Part shown: piece by piece, positions 49,353-61,224 of the stretch
Layout: the number at the start of each line of letters is the position of its first letter
Position numbering within the stretch: position 1 is the stretch's first letter
Notes under the pieces: model-generated
The model's input: the letters and a program-made list of their open reading frames with translations, nothing else
Databases searched by the model: none
What the model was told of the DNA's origin: nothing
Assembly: GCA_000934665.2 (NCBI GenBank)
Contig: KZ538019.1
Coordinates: 62,001-126,000, forward strand
DNA from: Catajapyx aquilonaris
Lineage: Eukaryota
Direction: 5' to 3'
DNA length: 64,000 bases
Translations under genes and position numbers: made by a program

Positions 49353-51248
49353 CGTGGGAAACGGTGGGAAGAGGAAACAGAAATCGAATTACCCTCTTCT
49401 CCTGTGCTCAACTAATCCTTCAGGAGTTTCTGGCACCTCCTGGGGGTACCACCATTTGAGGAATCTTGACAGCCCGGGTTCAAAAATGTACACTCGCATT
49501 AGGTAAAGTCTGGGGATCATAAGTGAAAAGTGTCATCTTGCGATCCCCCAGATTATATTACAAAGTTGGATATATGGGGTCAAAGGTCGAGAGTAAGAGA
49601 ATGCCATCGACACCCCACGCCCCCGGGTGATGTCCTCGTAAAACAGTCGGGGGTTTCCCCTCGTTGGTGCTTATGGGTTATGGGACTCACGTGATCTCAC
49701 GGAAACTTCCAAAAGCACAATTTATGGGATAGTTTGGATTCCCCTCCACCCCGCTTCTCCCCACTTAAATGGCACTGGCTATAGAAAAAAAGGCAAGGAA
49801 GAAAACACCTTCCAACCTATCAGATAATCCCCGGAACCCATTTGAAGCCCAAATCAGGCAGCCCGTGGTCCTTTTTGTTGTCGTCAGACAGGCGCCTGCC
49901 ACTTCATCCTTAGGTTTTTCCCTGGACCAATGCGTCCCACAGGGAGGTTCTCACACTGTGTCCCTTCCCTACCAGAAGAGGAAGGGGACCGCCCTCTGGC
50001 CAGAAGAGTAAAAAAAAAAAGTGCGTGGATCAGTAGAAACCCCCACCTTTTCAGGGCGTTACACACGTGCTAAGGCTTGTTACGGAGTCCTTTTGTGCCT
50101 AGGAATCTAGTAGACGCCCCCGTTTCGCAGTCCGTAATTGAATGTCTCCATTATCCGGACCGCCCCGTGAAAGTGTGGTTTCACACGGGGCCAGCTTAGG
50201 GCTTCATCTCGTTGAAAGGTCTTTGACGCAACTTGGGACTGGACCACACCTGCAGGATTTGTGTCACACTGTATTGGATAATTGGAAAAGGGTTTAAGGT
50301 GGAGATCAAGTTGGGGGAAAACTTACTGCCTTGTTACGCTTCACAGTATTTCACTGTAAATAAATAGTACAAAAATGCAACACGTTTCTTGTACAATAAG
50401 CAGATTAATTACAGCAATTTAAACCTGTGTTATCCACCAGATAATAACCAGCGTTTACTTACCTGATTGGTGTGATGAACGTGGCCCAACTTGTGTTATT
50501 ACTCGACCATTTAATATACAATACTGTCATCATTGCACGCTGTTAAATTATACGCACATCAGCTGAAATGCGCCGGAAACTTCTTATCAGTTCGTAATAT
50601 TCGCCATATTGTAAATATCCATTTGCGTTTAATGTTCGCGCTTTTCCATGCCTCATCGATATTGTGTGCCGAACTTTGTATAGTGCAAAGTAGGCGGTTT
50701 TAAGGGCAGGAAAGCTCCTTTTGTAGCCCACCCCCCTTTGAAGCCTCATTATTTCCTCCTTATACGATCGAGGCTATTAGCAATTTGCCAGCAATGTCAA
50801 CTGTTCTCTAGATAATGCGCAGCAATAAAGGAGGGTGCTTCAAACCTGAGGAGGAGAAGGCAACAAAAGGCTGGGTTTGTGGGTCTGTAGGTTTCCCGAA
50901 GGAATCCCACCGAAAGTAAACAAAAGAGGATGACTTGGCCTGCTGGGTGGGGGTGGAAACGGCAACAGGGAAATGGTGGAAAGGAAACTTTGAGGAAGGA
51001 GACACACACACCTGGCCCGGTGCCCCAAAAAGGTGTCTCAGCGGGGGTCCCCCCTGCTTAGACCCCATTTGTCCCCGGGACGACCTCATACAGAACTCAT
51101 TTGGGCGGAATTAGGCTGGAGAATGTGGAAGGAGAGGAGACCCAGGGCCATTGTCGCCTTGACGGGGCTGTATAACTTAAAAGGCCCGGGGACTAGGCCC
51201 AGGGGGCGGCCATCTTTTTTTTTGTGTCCCTAAGGTGTCACGTGGGAA
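49353..51248. promoter_or_regulatory. Cluster of CSL/Su(H)-type sites, candidate Notch-responsive enhancer of the HES gene
   Basis: CGTGGGAA 49353-49360 with tandem GGTGGGAA 49363-49370; TTCTCACA 49948-49955; TTCACACG ~50180-50187; CGTGGGAA 51241-51248 overlapping a CACGTG; E-box CACGTG ~49688. Confidence 0.4.
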
Positions 51249-51693
51249 GTGGGGCGCTCGCAGTGATCCCGTGCCTCGATACCGTAACCTACTCACCTTT
51301 TGTGTGTTGCTTCTGGGGGGATCCGGTGACTGGACCAACACTGGAGGGAACAAAGTTGGGCAGTTGGGGGAAAGGACACTCTCGAAAGATGGGTGAGATT
51401 TGGAGGATTGTAAATCCCGTTAAAATATATATGGAGGGTGTTAAGACTGGAGTTCCGGATCATATCTGGGGTGTAGCGGGGGTCACACTTCTTCAAAGGA
51501 CAACAGAGGGAGACTCGTCCATTGTTGAAATAAGCTAGTATAATAATTTTCACAGGGTGGAGCGGGATACTTCTAGGGTGAACTTCTGGGTAGGTCACTT
51601 CCTTTGGACTTTCCTGAGATATTGTGCATTGAAATATATAAATTTTCTAGCAGGTCTCTCCACGTGACATCACATTTTCCATTTTAAACAGAC

Positions 51694-51768
51694 ACTAGTT
51701 CCTCCTCTCAACCACCAGAGGGGCTGCCTCCCCCCATTGCGCAGGCGCAGAACGGGGACTAATCGGAA
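51694..51768 (-). repeat. Dispersed ~75-bp repeat, copy 2
   Basis: About 88% identical to the reverse complement of 19621-19694. Confidence 0.85.
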
Positions 51769-54700
51769 GCGTCGCGCAAACAATATACGACACGCCAATC
51801 AGAAGCCTCGCTCGTATAAGGAAGGATTTTAATATCATAGATTTCTTCTTAAACTTGAAGCCCTTGCATAAATCATCAGCAAACAATCTGCATTGTTAAC
51901 TGGTCAAGGAAGCATGAAGTGAATAATACTGGGAGTGCATATAGAGTAAGTACTTAGTATAGGCGTGATAATAACAATGAAGGTATATTATACATGCAGT
52001 TGAAGTAGGTAATTATTCATCTGCAAATTACCTGGGAGATTAATATTTCATGCATGCCAGATACTTGGATAAAGTTACTCTGTATTAAGGCAGGGTTTAT
52101 TCGGGAGTGTTAGAGGCCGATATGCATCAAATTATCTGCAGGGTGAGTGAAATGGGAAGTCGTGCGCACAAGGTTAGGGTTACACCCTTTCAGGTTTAAT
52201 ATGTTTGTAATGAAATATAATATTCAGGGCCAATGTGCACTCTACTATAAACATAAAAACAGTTTTACAATCACTTTGATAATAATGCACCTTTAAGAAT
52301 AACATTGTCAGGAATGCTACAAAATGTCACATGATTTTTCTTTCTCTATTTGAATTTAATTAATGATGGCCGAGGCAAAGTGACAGTCTCCCTGTGGGTT
52401 TGGACAAGAAAAAAAGCACTTTCGACACACCCTTGGTTGACCAAAGTTAATAAACAGGAAACGTGCCCATAACCCTCCAACCCTATGCTTGTTACTTCGG
52501 GCGAAGTTTTAAACGACTCTCACCGACAATAATTGACTGTCCAGATCATTATACGCAATCACTGGAGCAGAACCTTATTCAATGAAACTTCCATCATTCC
52601 AACTGCAGAAAGAGCTTTAGTGAACTGCCACTACAGTGACCAATAGGAGTACAGCAGTAGCCTTAAAAGGGCAAATATGCGTACGTCAACAAAGAACCCA
52701 GTGAACGTAAGAAAATATTAAGCCGGTTTGCTTTGCTCGGGAAAGGTCTCCCCTTTTGGAACGCACCTCACCGAAACTTCATTATTTCTAAAAGGTGTCC
52801 ATAAGTCATTTGACAACTTTCGGTCTGCCGCTCCTTCTCATGTTGCTGGGAACGACTTCAGAAAGCGACCACAAGCCGTGTCCTGAATTCAGGTAGCAAA
52901 TGGACACAAACCTTCCTCACATTTCTGGGCCACTGGGCAAGCCCCAAGAACAATCACACAGGGTGAGTTTTGAGTTTGTACATCACCCTGTACATATATT
53001 TACAGCATAACTGTCATGCATATTTGCTCAAAATGTTTGTGCATCCCCACACGCCCCTTTTGTTGTTTACCACACGGTTTTATATACTGTTTTTAAAACG
53101 GCCATTTAAACCCACAAAAACGCAAATTGATCCCGGATTTGAATAACCTTTATGCCCCCGTAAAACGCTTTTATGCTCTATTTTTACACGAGTCCTCAAG
53201 TAGTCTATTACTAGCGTTGTGTAACACCACCGGTGCACAATGAAAAGCAACGCTCGCTTTTGTGCCCCTCCGCTTATCAAAATTCTGCAGGCTAAAGAAC
53301 CTGGCATGTGAACTCATCGGGGTCCACAAACCCGCCGCCTTTATCTCCTCAGGCTATTTCCTATCACAATAGCCGCGCATTACGGGATGCTGGACGTTAA
53401 TAAAAAAAAACATAGAGCAGTCTATCCTGCTGGGAGAGGAGGATGAATCTATATGTGGGGTTGGGCCAAGGCAATTATTTCGTTGGATGTAGGCCTCAAC
53501 CATAAAGTGACCTGTGAGGCACAAAGGAACCGCAAAACAGCCGGGCCCGTTTGTTTCCGCCAAAAGGTATGTTTCGCAGACTTGAAATAATAATGGGGAG
53601 GCATTGTTGCGAAGTTTACATCCGGATTTTTATTATACTGTAACTGCGAGTGGTGGGAGTTTGTTTAAAGGGGTTGCAAACCGCCTTTATGACCACCTTC
53701 ATATATGTGTGTTCAAAGTGTGGATTATAAATTCCGATTGAGACTGACCCTCCAAAGCCACATCGTAATTGCAACACGTAATTTGAAAAGAATACCTATT
53801 GGCTTAAAGTCTGTTGCAGCCTTTTTAGGACGATAGTCTTTTGTAGCCTATAGCCGGCATGCTGAAGCTCAGAATTCGGCGGATCTCCCGAGTATGATGC
53901 ACTTTTATTGATCATTACGGGGCATCATATTACACGTGATTTGAATAAAGTGTGCACCTGCGACGCTACACATGGGGCCAAAATATGCGGCACGTGTCAC
54001 CAGAGGATGATATTATTGAAGCCACTGGTAGTAGTTGTTTGCACTATGGCAATGTAAACCGCATGTAAGTAGTGCAAGGCCGCGATTAATTTCGCTGTGA
54101 AAATAGTGGCTCGTGGTACATTTAACGCTAATTTACATTTGGCATAAATACTCTAGACGTGTACTTTGTACAATTAAAATACTCGGTATATATGAACTAA
54201 TTGCAGTACATAAAAATGCAACATTTGCATTACTACTGAATTAAACCAACAGAAATATTTTTTAGCTCAAAGTGCTACAGTCTTGCTGCAAAATGGTATG
54301 CGCTTCTGTTGAAAGGGTCTGCTTGTTTAAATACTCGACAGTTTTTTCCCTTCAAATACTCACTCTTCAAATTCACAAACTAAGGTGTGCACAACTTTGC
54401 TTACTGTTTCATAGACCACATGCGGTAAAATGCTATATCTTTCGCAACAAAAAGAGTTTTGTGAGCAAAGTATGAAAAAACAACTTTGAGGCCTTGTCGA
54501 GTACAGAGCGAATTACCAGACTTTGGCATTTTTTGCATGGTTACTTTGTATACTCGACTATAGCTCAAACTGCGTCGGATCTTTTCACAAGACATTCTGT
54601 TTATAGTACACCTGCATAGCTGTAATACTCCGAGGATGTTGAGTTTCATGAGGGTATACTAGCACTGAAAGTGGCCCCTTACAGCTCGGCCTAATTAATA

Positions 54701-57700
54701 ACGTGCAAATGAATCATTTGGCTGCATTTTGAGTAACATTCTCAGTAACGACGTTTTTTTCTGCTCTGCTATGAGCTTACTCTCTTGGGGATTTGAATCC
54801 ACGTTATTTCGGAGCAGACCACAATCAGAATGAGTACTGCATTTAAATAGAGGTTTGCGGTCACTTGAAGTGGAATTATTTATGCCTCGAATTCCACGCG
54901 TATATATGAAAGATCAAAAGGTTTTTGAGAGCGTGTATATGTGAAAGTGTTTCTGGATTATACAGCAATTTTGTTTCTCGTTACATGACCTGACGCTTGA
55001 TGAGCCTTAATATTTTGTGGGATTAGCCGTGTTGAGCTAATAAAAGTGACCGTTGGAATATTACACCCTTGGCGATTGTAATTGCCAATTAAATTTTAAT
55101 AATAGGCTATTATTCTGAAATCTTGCATTCCATGATAATTTGAGTGTATTCTTGTACGTCACTGTTATGTAATATATTGTTAACTTTTCATGGCATTGTT
55201 AGCATAAAACGCATGGATTATTGATTAACTACAAAACGTCTCTCAAATGCCTGGAAATATAAGTTATTAAAGAAGCCATGTACAGAACAGCCGTTTAATG
55301 CATTTTAGAGACTGGAGAATTATTTATAAAAAGCACAGTTTTCCGTAAATAGACTACAGGGTACATATGCATAACTTACTCGATTATTAAACAATCTTCG
55401 GATTATCCTGAATTTGATGTGTCCCTTGAATCTGAGGAATGTTAGTCTACATACTCACTTTTATGGAGATGTCATGAATGCTTGTTATGCATGCCAGAAA
55501 AATCTTGCTACATTGATTTCATCGATCGAATTGCCCGAGTAATGGCATGTAATTATGATAAATATGTAGCATACCACACAATAAATTGACACAATATCTG
55601 CTTAAACTAATGCGGGAGGTTGCTTTAAACGTACATTACCAGCAGAGGGATTAAATGTAGAAATGGAATATATTAACAGTCAATTTATGGGATTGGACAA
55701 ATACTTTGCAACAAAATGATAAGTTAAATTCCACATATTACTGATATACTGACCTACAGTGACCATCACGACCCATGAGAAATGAAGAGAGTGGTTATTA
55801 TGTGGTCGAGGCAATGTGAGAAAAATGCAAGCAGAAATGACGGCGATTTTATATTATTCTTGTTGGTGATGGCATTTACGCGTGTAACAACCATGAAGAG
55901 TGCTCTCTTATGAAAACTTGGTGTATAACAATGAAGTTCTCTATTCAGGCGCGCGGACAGGCATACAAAATTTCTGACATATGGAGATTGTGTGATTAAC
56001 TTGCATCGCCTACTACTACTTATAATTATGATGGAAATGTTTCTATGTGTGTGTCTATACATATATGCACTTAACTGATACAATGTATACACTACTTGTA
56101 TAATGATAATGGGTATTAGGATTTTCTGCTGCACGTACGTATATACATGTACACTGTACAGTATCCTGCACGTTTTTTCGACAGGTACGTTTTTTGAAAT
56201 GCTAATTTGTTATTCTGTTTCGCCAAAAACAACTAGGCTAACCCCACAAAACCACACGCATCTGTTAATTATGAAGAGTTCACATTCGTTTAAGTCACAT
56301 CGTAGCACAACTTCACTTGCACGCGTGTGCTACAACTACACCCGTATAGCGACATACTGCATGCAGTATTTAATGCATATAGTAAAGGTAGAAATATAAG
56401 GATAATGTGCATTGAAGGCTCCAGCGTACATCGCAGAACTGTACTGGACCGACTGTACCGACAAAAATTAACTGGCCCTGTAAAATGCAAAGAATGTGGT
56501 ACAGTATCTGGTGTCCGTTATATATACTGCACAGCCCTGACTAATGGAACACCGAAATGATCTTGTGCCATTATCCCCTCCACGCCCATAAAATATGGCC
56601 CTGCATCATTATACAACACTTCAATGTTAGCCGTTTGGATGATTCCTCGCAAAATCCCGTAGTATAGGTTTGGTTAGTGTGAATGTTAAAAGGGGCTTAG
56701 AGAAGCATTTCGCACCGCCATTTCTGTGCCAATCCATGTTGCGACATGATTGATTATGCAAATTAGGTTAAAAGGCTGAGTAGGTTTATCATAAATTCAC
56801 TAACGTTTGTTCAAAACATCCAAGGCGAGCATCCCTGCCTTCGGTTCACATAGGCGCCATATTAATTATATATGCACAAGCATAGAAGCAAGCCAATCGG
56901 AAATGATACAATTGCATTTCGTGCCCATTGGGCGCATGATTAACCGGCGCAGATATTGCTTCATATACCATTATTGGTAGAGTTAATATCGGCACAAGGA
57001 TTACACTTAATGAGAGGGACCTCTCAACAAGGATTGTTACAAGTGTGGGATATTGACCTATTGTAAGGACTTGAGAACGCCATGGGAATAATGTGTCCCG
57101 AGCCTTACGTACATTAATACTAATCATTCCTGTAATGTGTCAGCAACCATCGAGAGATTGATGGAAACTCCTCCTCAGTCGCAATCGTGGCGGCATGTCT
57201 GAAACTCTAGTTGGGAGCATTTACTCTGTTTGTCTGAATAAACACGGATCCATTTGCTTTGATCTCCTGAGAGTATAAGGTCGGAAACTCTCTCTCTGAG
57301 TCTGCATACCTCTCTTTACATATACACCTTTAGTCCTCCCTTCCTCTCGAGGGATCATCATAATGTTGAAATGCAGATTCGGTTCAGCAGTACAAAGTCA
57401 AATTAACGCCTCATCGCGTTATGCTGGCCCCCTGGCATTTATGACAAAAAAAAAGGTGCGATAATGTGCAACAAGTGTGTATTAGAAAATCTGCATTACT
57501 GCGGAAGTTGGCAGGGGTCATATTTCCAGATTGGCGGATGGCGACGTTTACAAGTTGAGTTTCCGAGGGTATATACCGATCGATATGTATTCACGGAGAG
57601 AAACTTGGGTTCCTGGGGGCGAACCTGTTAATAAATGTGTGTGGACAATTCCCGGAGTTTGGAATTGATGTGGGTTGGTAGTTGGAGCGTACGGGTCAGG

Positions 57701-59410
57701 TTAACCGCACAGGGCATCTTCGGGACGGAAGTAATTACTCAGCAGTGGGTCCTACCAGATATATAATTGCAACCAGGTACAGTCCTGATTGGACACACTC
57801 GCAGTAACTTCGAAGCATGATCCTGTAAAAGATGGTCTCAATTCATCGAGTCACATCGAACCGATTTTGGGCTGTTTAAAATGTGCGACGTATATAGGGC
57901 TATAAAAAAGGAGGGTAGAAAATAGTCTCCCTGAGGCATCGCCATCTTCCACAAAATTCGGGTGGTGTGGATCCTTTCAATGTCATGATTAAATTTACAG
58001 GAGTGGTTCTTGTAATGATCTCGAAAGACAGAAGGGCTCCTTGGAACTGTCCTAGAAGAATAACAATAAGTGAGACCCAAGTTCTAAGACACAAAAAAAT
58101 GAATTGCAAATAATGGACAAACGGCAAAGTTTGGCAAATAAACTTTAGCAGGATATTTTTGCTTTTAATAATCAAGGACGATGTCAGAGTCAACTGATCT
58201 CATTTGCATCTGCTCCGAAAATTTGCATCACCGAAATAATTTCGTGACAAAATTTTTAAGTCTGATTGAAAATTGAGGATGCACTTTACTCAAAAATGGG
58301 TGCAATTTTAGCGAGAGACCTGCAGAAATATCCTGTACATTTGGTGGACCGGATGCTAAGCCCATTAGCGTGTGTGAGTGTGGGATGTTCATACATTGGT
58401 CTGCAGAATTTTGTTATTAATAATGAGGCAATTATTACACCGCGCCAGATTAGTCGTGTCTGTTGTTTTCTCTTCAATGCTAATAACATGTTTGTTTATG
58501 GTATGTTGCAATGCATGTAATATGACTGGGGATGCCTGTTTAAAGCATGCCAAATGTCAATTAATATGTGATGGGGTTAACGTTTACATTGATGTGGGCC
58601 TTTGCATTCATTCCGCGGCCGCGTTGTGGTTTCACGGTGGTCATACCCGCGTTAAAAATGTATGTACTCTCGGAGGAATATGCTACAGATACGGGCTACG
58701 TATTTAATGGAAATTATGCTGAGCAAAAAAACGCAATTTTTACACAGTTATGCAAATACTGTTGATTTGTTGCGCAATTTTAATAGCGAAAGAGCAGTGT
58801 TGCATTATGTTGCTTAGCTTGTTAACAGTGGACATGATCCATTGTACAAAATATCTGCACTAAAAAAGTCTCATTTGGCGTCGAACAAGTTGCTAACTAC
58901 TTCTATACTAGTGCTATAGTTACAGAGAGGTTTAATTCTATTTTATTGCCCTGGATCGCTCTAAAACTAACTATAATCTGTAATTTGTGTCACTCACCTT
59001 CGACTTTTTATTGTTATTGTTTGGCTAATTGTTTCAGACCAGACGAGTAAGTGCCATTGATGTGGTCCTAAACCGAGCAGTTTCGAGTGAGAAATTACAA
59101 CCACAATATTTTGAGGGCTTCTCTCTGATTGTCAATATCTTTATTTGAAACGTAATCTGACACCGGTTTTCGAAAAATAACGGTACAAGGAAACGCACTG
59201 AAGGAAGGAAGAGGGGCTTGTCAGTCAAAATGTATTTGTTTTTTGCTGCCTTGCCTTTTTCTTGAGTCACCTATACTGCAATAGTACATCAGCACCATGG
59301 GAAATGCTCTAGTTTGCACACACTATTCTTGAGAGGTGCGGGCAGGAAGAAGCATCGCAAGTCTTTTCCTTCCTCACCATCAGTCATTTTGTTCGTTCAC
59401 ACGCCAGGAA

Positions 59411-59547
59411 GGAAACCGAACCGGCTCCGGACCTGGTTCACTATTTGGTCACTGTGCAGTCGATGTTGCTTGTTGAACAATCCGGATTTGCGACATTTTT
59501 TTCTTATCAACCAAATAGTGGACCTGTTCCGGACCGGGTCCTGTTCC
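59411..59547. repeat. Imperfect inverted repeat in the GPCR 3' UTR
   Basis: Arms 59411-59449 and 59510-59547 share an 11-bp perfect core (cactatttggt/accaaatagtg) plus ccgg.tccgga; inner atgttgc/gcgacat also pair. Confidence 0.7.
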
Positions 59548-59603
59548 CTCCTGTCAGTGTAAACGCGGTCAGTATAATCATCACAAGAAGGAAGAGCAGG
59601 GTT

Positions 59604-61224
59604 TTAGTTGGATTGAGGGGCAGGGGAAGATGCAGGGGCAGGGGCAGGGGCAGGATTGGCCGGGTTCTGCTGCTGGTTTGGATTGTTGACATGTCCTAGG
59701 TTGAAGGCGACACTGTTCTGCTCCGCCCTGGAGGCCACTTTGAGCATCCTCTTGAAGGCCCTCTTGAAGTTGGCATTGCAAAGAGGGTAGAGGAAAGGGT
59801 TTAAGGTCGAGTTCATGTACCCGAGCCAGATGGTGGCCGTGTGGACCTTTGGATCCACGCAGTCCCCGCAGTAGGCGATGACCATGAACAGCACGAAGTA
59901 CGGCAGCCAACAGAGGACGAAGGCCCCCATGATGACCCCAAGCTGCTTGGCCGCCTTCTTTTCCTTCTGGAGCACAGTGTTCTCGCTCCTCCGCCTCCTC
60001 TTCTTCTCCATGAACCGACGCAACACCCGGAACTTGACGCTGCTGCTCCTCCTGTGATGCTGCTGTTGGATCAGCAGAGGAGGAGGCAGCTCCGAGATGG
60101 ACTCGCAGCAGCAGGCTGGAGGACCCATGGCCGGCTCTTGGTTGGTTGGGCTTGTGGCCGAGTTCTGACGAGGGGTGCTGTAGAAGCATTGTCTGTGGTG
60201 CGAATGCTGGCTGCTGCCTCGAGTGTCCCTGCGGCCGGAGGTGGAGGAAGAGGAAGAGATCTTCCTGGAGGCCTCGGAGGCTGTGGTGGAAGCAGCGCTG
60301 CCTGTCCTGCAACCGCCGTTTCTCCTCCGAACACTCTCCAGGGAACACCGCTTGCTCAGCGAAGACATGTCCGTCGAAGAGTGCTTCACGGTGCTGCGGC
60401 TGGACTGGGAGCTCCTGTCCGCCTCTTTCACATACTCAACCTGCGCACGCAACAAAAAGAATAGTGATGGTAAACGGTGTGCGATTGCAGTACGTGGCAA
60501 ATGCTTACCTGTACAGTAACTCCTTCAAAGTGTGACAAGTAATTGTCGTCGCCAATGGCTGGGCTGGGACCTTCCGGGCAGTTCTGGAAGGCCAAGAGGG
60601 TCAGGTTCTTGAACTGGTACTGGAGCTCCCCGTTCATGGAAGCCTGGTTCTGGTTGTTTCGGACAATGTTCTTTCTGAGCGACCGGCTGAGGGCGATCAG
60701 CGCGTGTCCGAAGTACCGACGACCGTCCGAGTCGGACGAGTTCCTCTCCTCCACCAAGGAGTCGTCCAGAGGGTCGTCGTTGTTGCTGGCCTTGTTTCCT
60801 CCGACGTTGCAGTGTCCTATTTCGAACTCGCTCCTCTTCTTGATCTCGAAGAAGATGCGGCCGTACAGGTACACCATCAGGGTGGTCGGAATGTAGAAGT
60901 TGGCGATGGCCGTGGTCACCTTGAAGACCACGTTGCCCGCGAACTCCGTCTCGCACACGTCCGGAGGCTGCTGCCGCTGACCCCCGAACTCAAAGTGGTG
61001 CCAGGCGATGACCGGCACCACCCACATGGCAGAGATCATCCACACTAGACCGATCATGATCAGGGCCCGTTTTTTGGTCCTTTTTCTCAGATATCTCAAC
61101 GGCGATGTGATGGACCAGTACCGGTCCAGGCTTAGTATGAACAGGTTGAAAATGGACGCCGTACTGGCCGTGTAATCCACCGACAACCAGAACTGACACA
61201 CCGCAACGCCGAACAACCACTCCC
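59604..61224 (-). CDS. HRH1: Histamine H1 receptor-like class A GPCR, 3' portion (TM3-TM7 and C-tail); 5' exons not found, probably beyond the window
   Basis: Exons 61224-60509 and 60440-59604 with a 68-nt GT-AG intron. TM3 CQFWLSVDYTASTASIFNLFILSLDRY; ECL2/TM5 CETEF...FKVTTAIANFYIP; TM6 KEKKAAKQLGVIMGAFVLCWLPYFVLFMVIAYC; TM7 IWLGYMNSTLNPFLYPLCNANFKRAF. These closely follow vertebrate HRH1 (KAAKQLG, NSTLNP.IYPLCN.NFK). Confidence 0.9.

Noticed and set aside
51700..51810. Apparent stand-alone promoter of an unannotated protein-coding gene (NRF1, ETS, CCAAT)
   Set aside because: Most motifs belong to a dispersed repeat also present at 19621-19694, and no credible CDS is nearby. Kept only as a possible co-opted HES promoter.
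52171..52182. GGTTAGGGTT telomere-like motif
   Set aside because: Fewer than two full units.
52959..52992. Tiny CAGGGTGA...TCACCCTG-TA inverted repeat
   Set aside because: 8-bp arms only; a Tc1-like footprint is possible but too short to call.
58991..59000. Strong minus-strand donor (AAG|gtgagt) ~600 nt past the GPCR stop, hinting at GPCR-HES read-through splicing
   Set aside because: Minus-strand AATAAA signals occur before it (~59144, ~59010), and an isolated donor is expected by chance.
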